From Camelus dromedarius (taxonomy: Eukaryota), in contig NC_087437.1 in assembly GCF_036321535.1 (NCBI RefSeq), positions 94,986,001 through 95,050,000 of the forward strand: a DNA stretch of 64,000 nucleotides, read 5' to 3'. Numbering within the stretch: the first letter of the stretch is position 1; every line of letters begins with the position of its first letter. The notes beneath the pieces are model-generated. The model was not told the DNA's origin. It made no database searches and saw nothing but the letters and a program-made list of their open reading frames with translations. Shown here in pieces: positions 61,707-64,000 of this stretch. The position numbers and the translations under genes are program-made.

Positions 61707-64000
61707 GCAGTACCTGGAACACATAGCTCTCATCCTACCCTCATTACTTTCTGTGACAGGAACTATCTCCTCATGGCATAGATGATTCCCTTTATTTCAC
61801 TTATTAATTTATTCCATTAATTTTTGTATAAATTTCCTCAGTAAGTAAGCCGAAACCCAATTCTATTTCCTGTCCTATTGGCCTCTGTTTTATCTTCCAA
61901 ACTACCCATGGTAAATTTAGTCCAGTTTCTATGTGAGACTGTTTCAGTATTTGAAGACAGTATACTCTTTTTTAAATTTTCTGTTCTCCACATACGAGAT
62001 TCTCATTTTCTTCTAGTTTTCCTCATTTGATAGTCATTTCCCTCGATTATGTTGTTTTTAATATCTATTTTGTCAAGGTCCTAAAGTATAACATGAATTT
62101 TGAGGAAGCTGTGTTTTTTTTTTTTTCCCAGTAAAAATTTAGATACCTTTTAACTTTTTCTTGTTTTCAGCTAAATATTTCATTTTCTCTGAAAGTTCTG
62201 TCAGTCTCCTGAGGTGGAGTGCTGTTCTGGAGCAGGAGATTTAAAATGCATTAATAAGCTAGATACTTACCTTCCCACCTTCATTTCCCACTAAAACCAT
62301 CTTCGAACTGCCTTTCCTGGTATAAAATGACGATTCTTGGCAGGGAAGATAAACAAAAGAAAATTTATGAGATTCAGTTTTTCTTTTCTGATAATATTTT
62401 ATAGTGATTGAAAACTGAAATGCCTGTATAGGGCCTGTGTAAGGAAGGCAGTGTATTAGGTCTAAGGGATGGTTGGCTGGATGTTGCCATGGGGCCATGT
62501 GGACTTAATATAGACAGACTTATGAGTTTTTAAGAAAAGGTATAAATCTATGTTTAAGGTAAAGTCTCCCAACTGAAAAGTGGGAACAATTAAGTCTGAA
62601 TTAATAATAATAATAATAATATAACAACAACAATTCCAAGTCCTCACACCAAGTGTGGCCCACAGGTCACCATTTTGTATCTGCAGTGTTACGTCATCCA
62701 TCCCCATACAGAACCGACCTGTCTGTTGCTGCTTATTCCTACTCTAAATGTGTCGGTATCCCTCACTGTCTGCTGTCTTCAGCCTTTTGGAAGCTGTTAC
62801 TTTTCTGGTGTTTGACTTTCCTGTATTGTTACTAGCTAAATGGTTACATAATGGCTTATCTATTTAACCCAAAGCTTCTGCTTTTATTTGAGTCATTTAC
62901 ATTTACAAATTGTATTTGTTAAGCCTGGCAAAATGATCAGTTTGACTGTTTATGTTTATTCTTTTGTCCTAAAGCTAACAAACAAAGAAAACAAAACCAC
63001 AAGCCCTTTGATGAGCGAAGAGTCCCTGATGAACTGAATAAATAAATATGTTCTTGCATAAGAAGAGAAATTATCAACACAGACAATCTAAAGGTTTACT
63101 GATTGCTATTAAGAGACACACCACTGTGTTGCATATGAATTACAGAGAATGAACACACATTTAAAAAATCTGAAGAAATAAAAATAAAATTGGGGCTATG
63201 GCTGAATTGCAAAGAAGCTTTTATCTTTTTTAAAAATTTATTACAGGATCCTTTCTAAAGCCTAGTTTTCCATATTTGTTTTATTATTTGTTTATAGATC
63301 ATTAGCTATTTGACAGAAATATTATCAACAGAGAAGTTTAATCTAAAGGGTCAGGAATCATTGCCAATTGAATATTAACCAGAAATGAAAATAAAGCATT
63401 TCTGAAATAATTTATCAGTGAAAAATGTTATTTAATTTACAAAATATTGATTTATGCACAGTTTTCAAGAGCATATCTAGCATTTCTGTGAGGAAACCTT
63501 GTGCATAATTCATACATGTTTCCAGAATAACATTTGGATAACATTAGAGGATAACTTTAGCCAACACAGAAATGGGATAATCCGCTCAGGTGTTCAACAT
63601 ACACTGCAAAGCTAAAAATATATGAGGAAACTTTTGTTAAGTCTTAAAAAAAAAAAAGACTGAAACCGGTCATTTCTTACTAATTACTGAGTAAGTTAAA
63701 TATTTCTACATGTAGAAATTTCTCATCTTCATTATGTTTTACTGTAAAGCACATAGAATTTCTTTTTGTCATCCAACGACTCATCCTGCTGGAAGAATAT
63801 GGCAGAGTCCCACTGGGGATTATTAAGAGCATTAGTCATGTTAGACATCTATCAGGGGCAGCCCTCCTCATGCTAAATTCTAGAGCCACCGCTCACGAAT
63901 AATGGGAGATGCTCACAGGCATGAGGCAGGGAATAACGCGGGAGGGGGAGAAGGTCAAGGCACGGGCAGGGGAAGAGGTCACAGGCAGTAATGTGCCCTG

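Larger units (their letters stand above)
51794..64000 (+). other. ROBO1: Start of ROBO1b intron 1
   Basis: Begins GTAACC after the coding exon. The shared Ig-domain exon (SRLRQEDFPP...) is not seen in the window. Confidence 0.85.

Overview
AT-rich, CpG-depleted mammalian genomic DNA, most likely camelid (two tRNA-Ala-derived Vic-1-type SINEs). The only protein-coding sequence I can support is a 55-nt coding segment at 51739-51793 (+), MIAEPAHFYLFGLICLCS|G, ending at a CAG|GTAACC donor. I recognise it as the signal-peptide-encoding first exon of the short ROBO1 isoform (ROBO1b/DUTT1), inside a CpG island (~50600-52260). The rest is ROBO1 intron on the + strand, filled with retroelement and DNA-transposon relics: L1, L2, MIR, MaLR/ERVL LTRs, MER20 and an ERV1-type element. 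Nearly all other ORFs in the track are chance frames or TE remnants. There is no CRISPR array, operon or prokaryote-type system, and I cannot demonstrate a new biological system. The best leads are: (i) a TSD-flanked 1.3-kb composite ERV1 element with an env transmembrane tail between non-identical ends; (ii) a tailless U1 snRNA retrocopy with TSDs; (iii) a uORF-rich ROBO1b leader with stop/start overlaps, including one on the main ATG; (iv) a ROBO1b exon-1 end that also looks like a 3' splice site (AG|GT), a candidate recursive-splicing point for ROBO1a; (v) a strong CTCF motif and several candidate enhancers. Repeat subfamily names come from recalled consensus features, and old-repeat boundaries are approximate (tens of bp).
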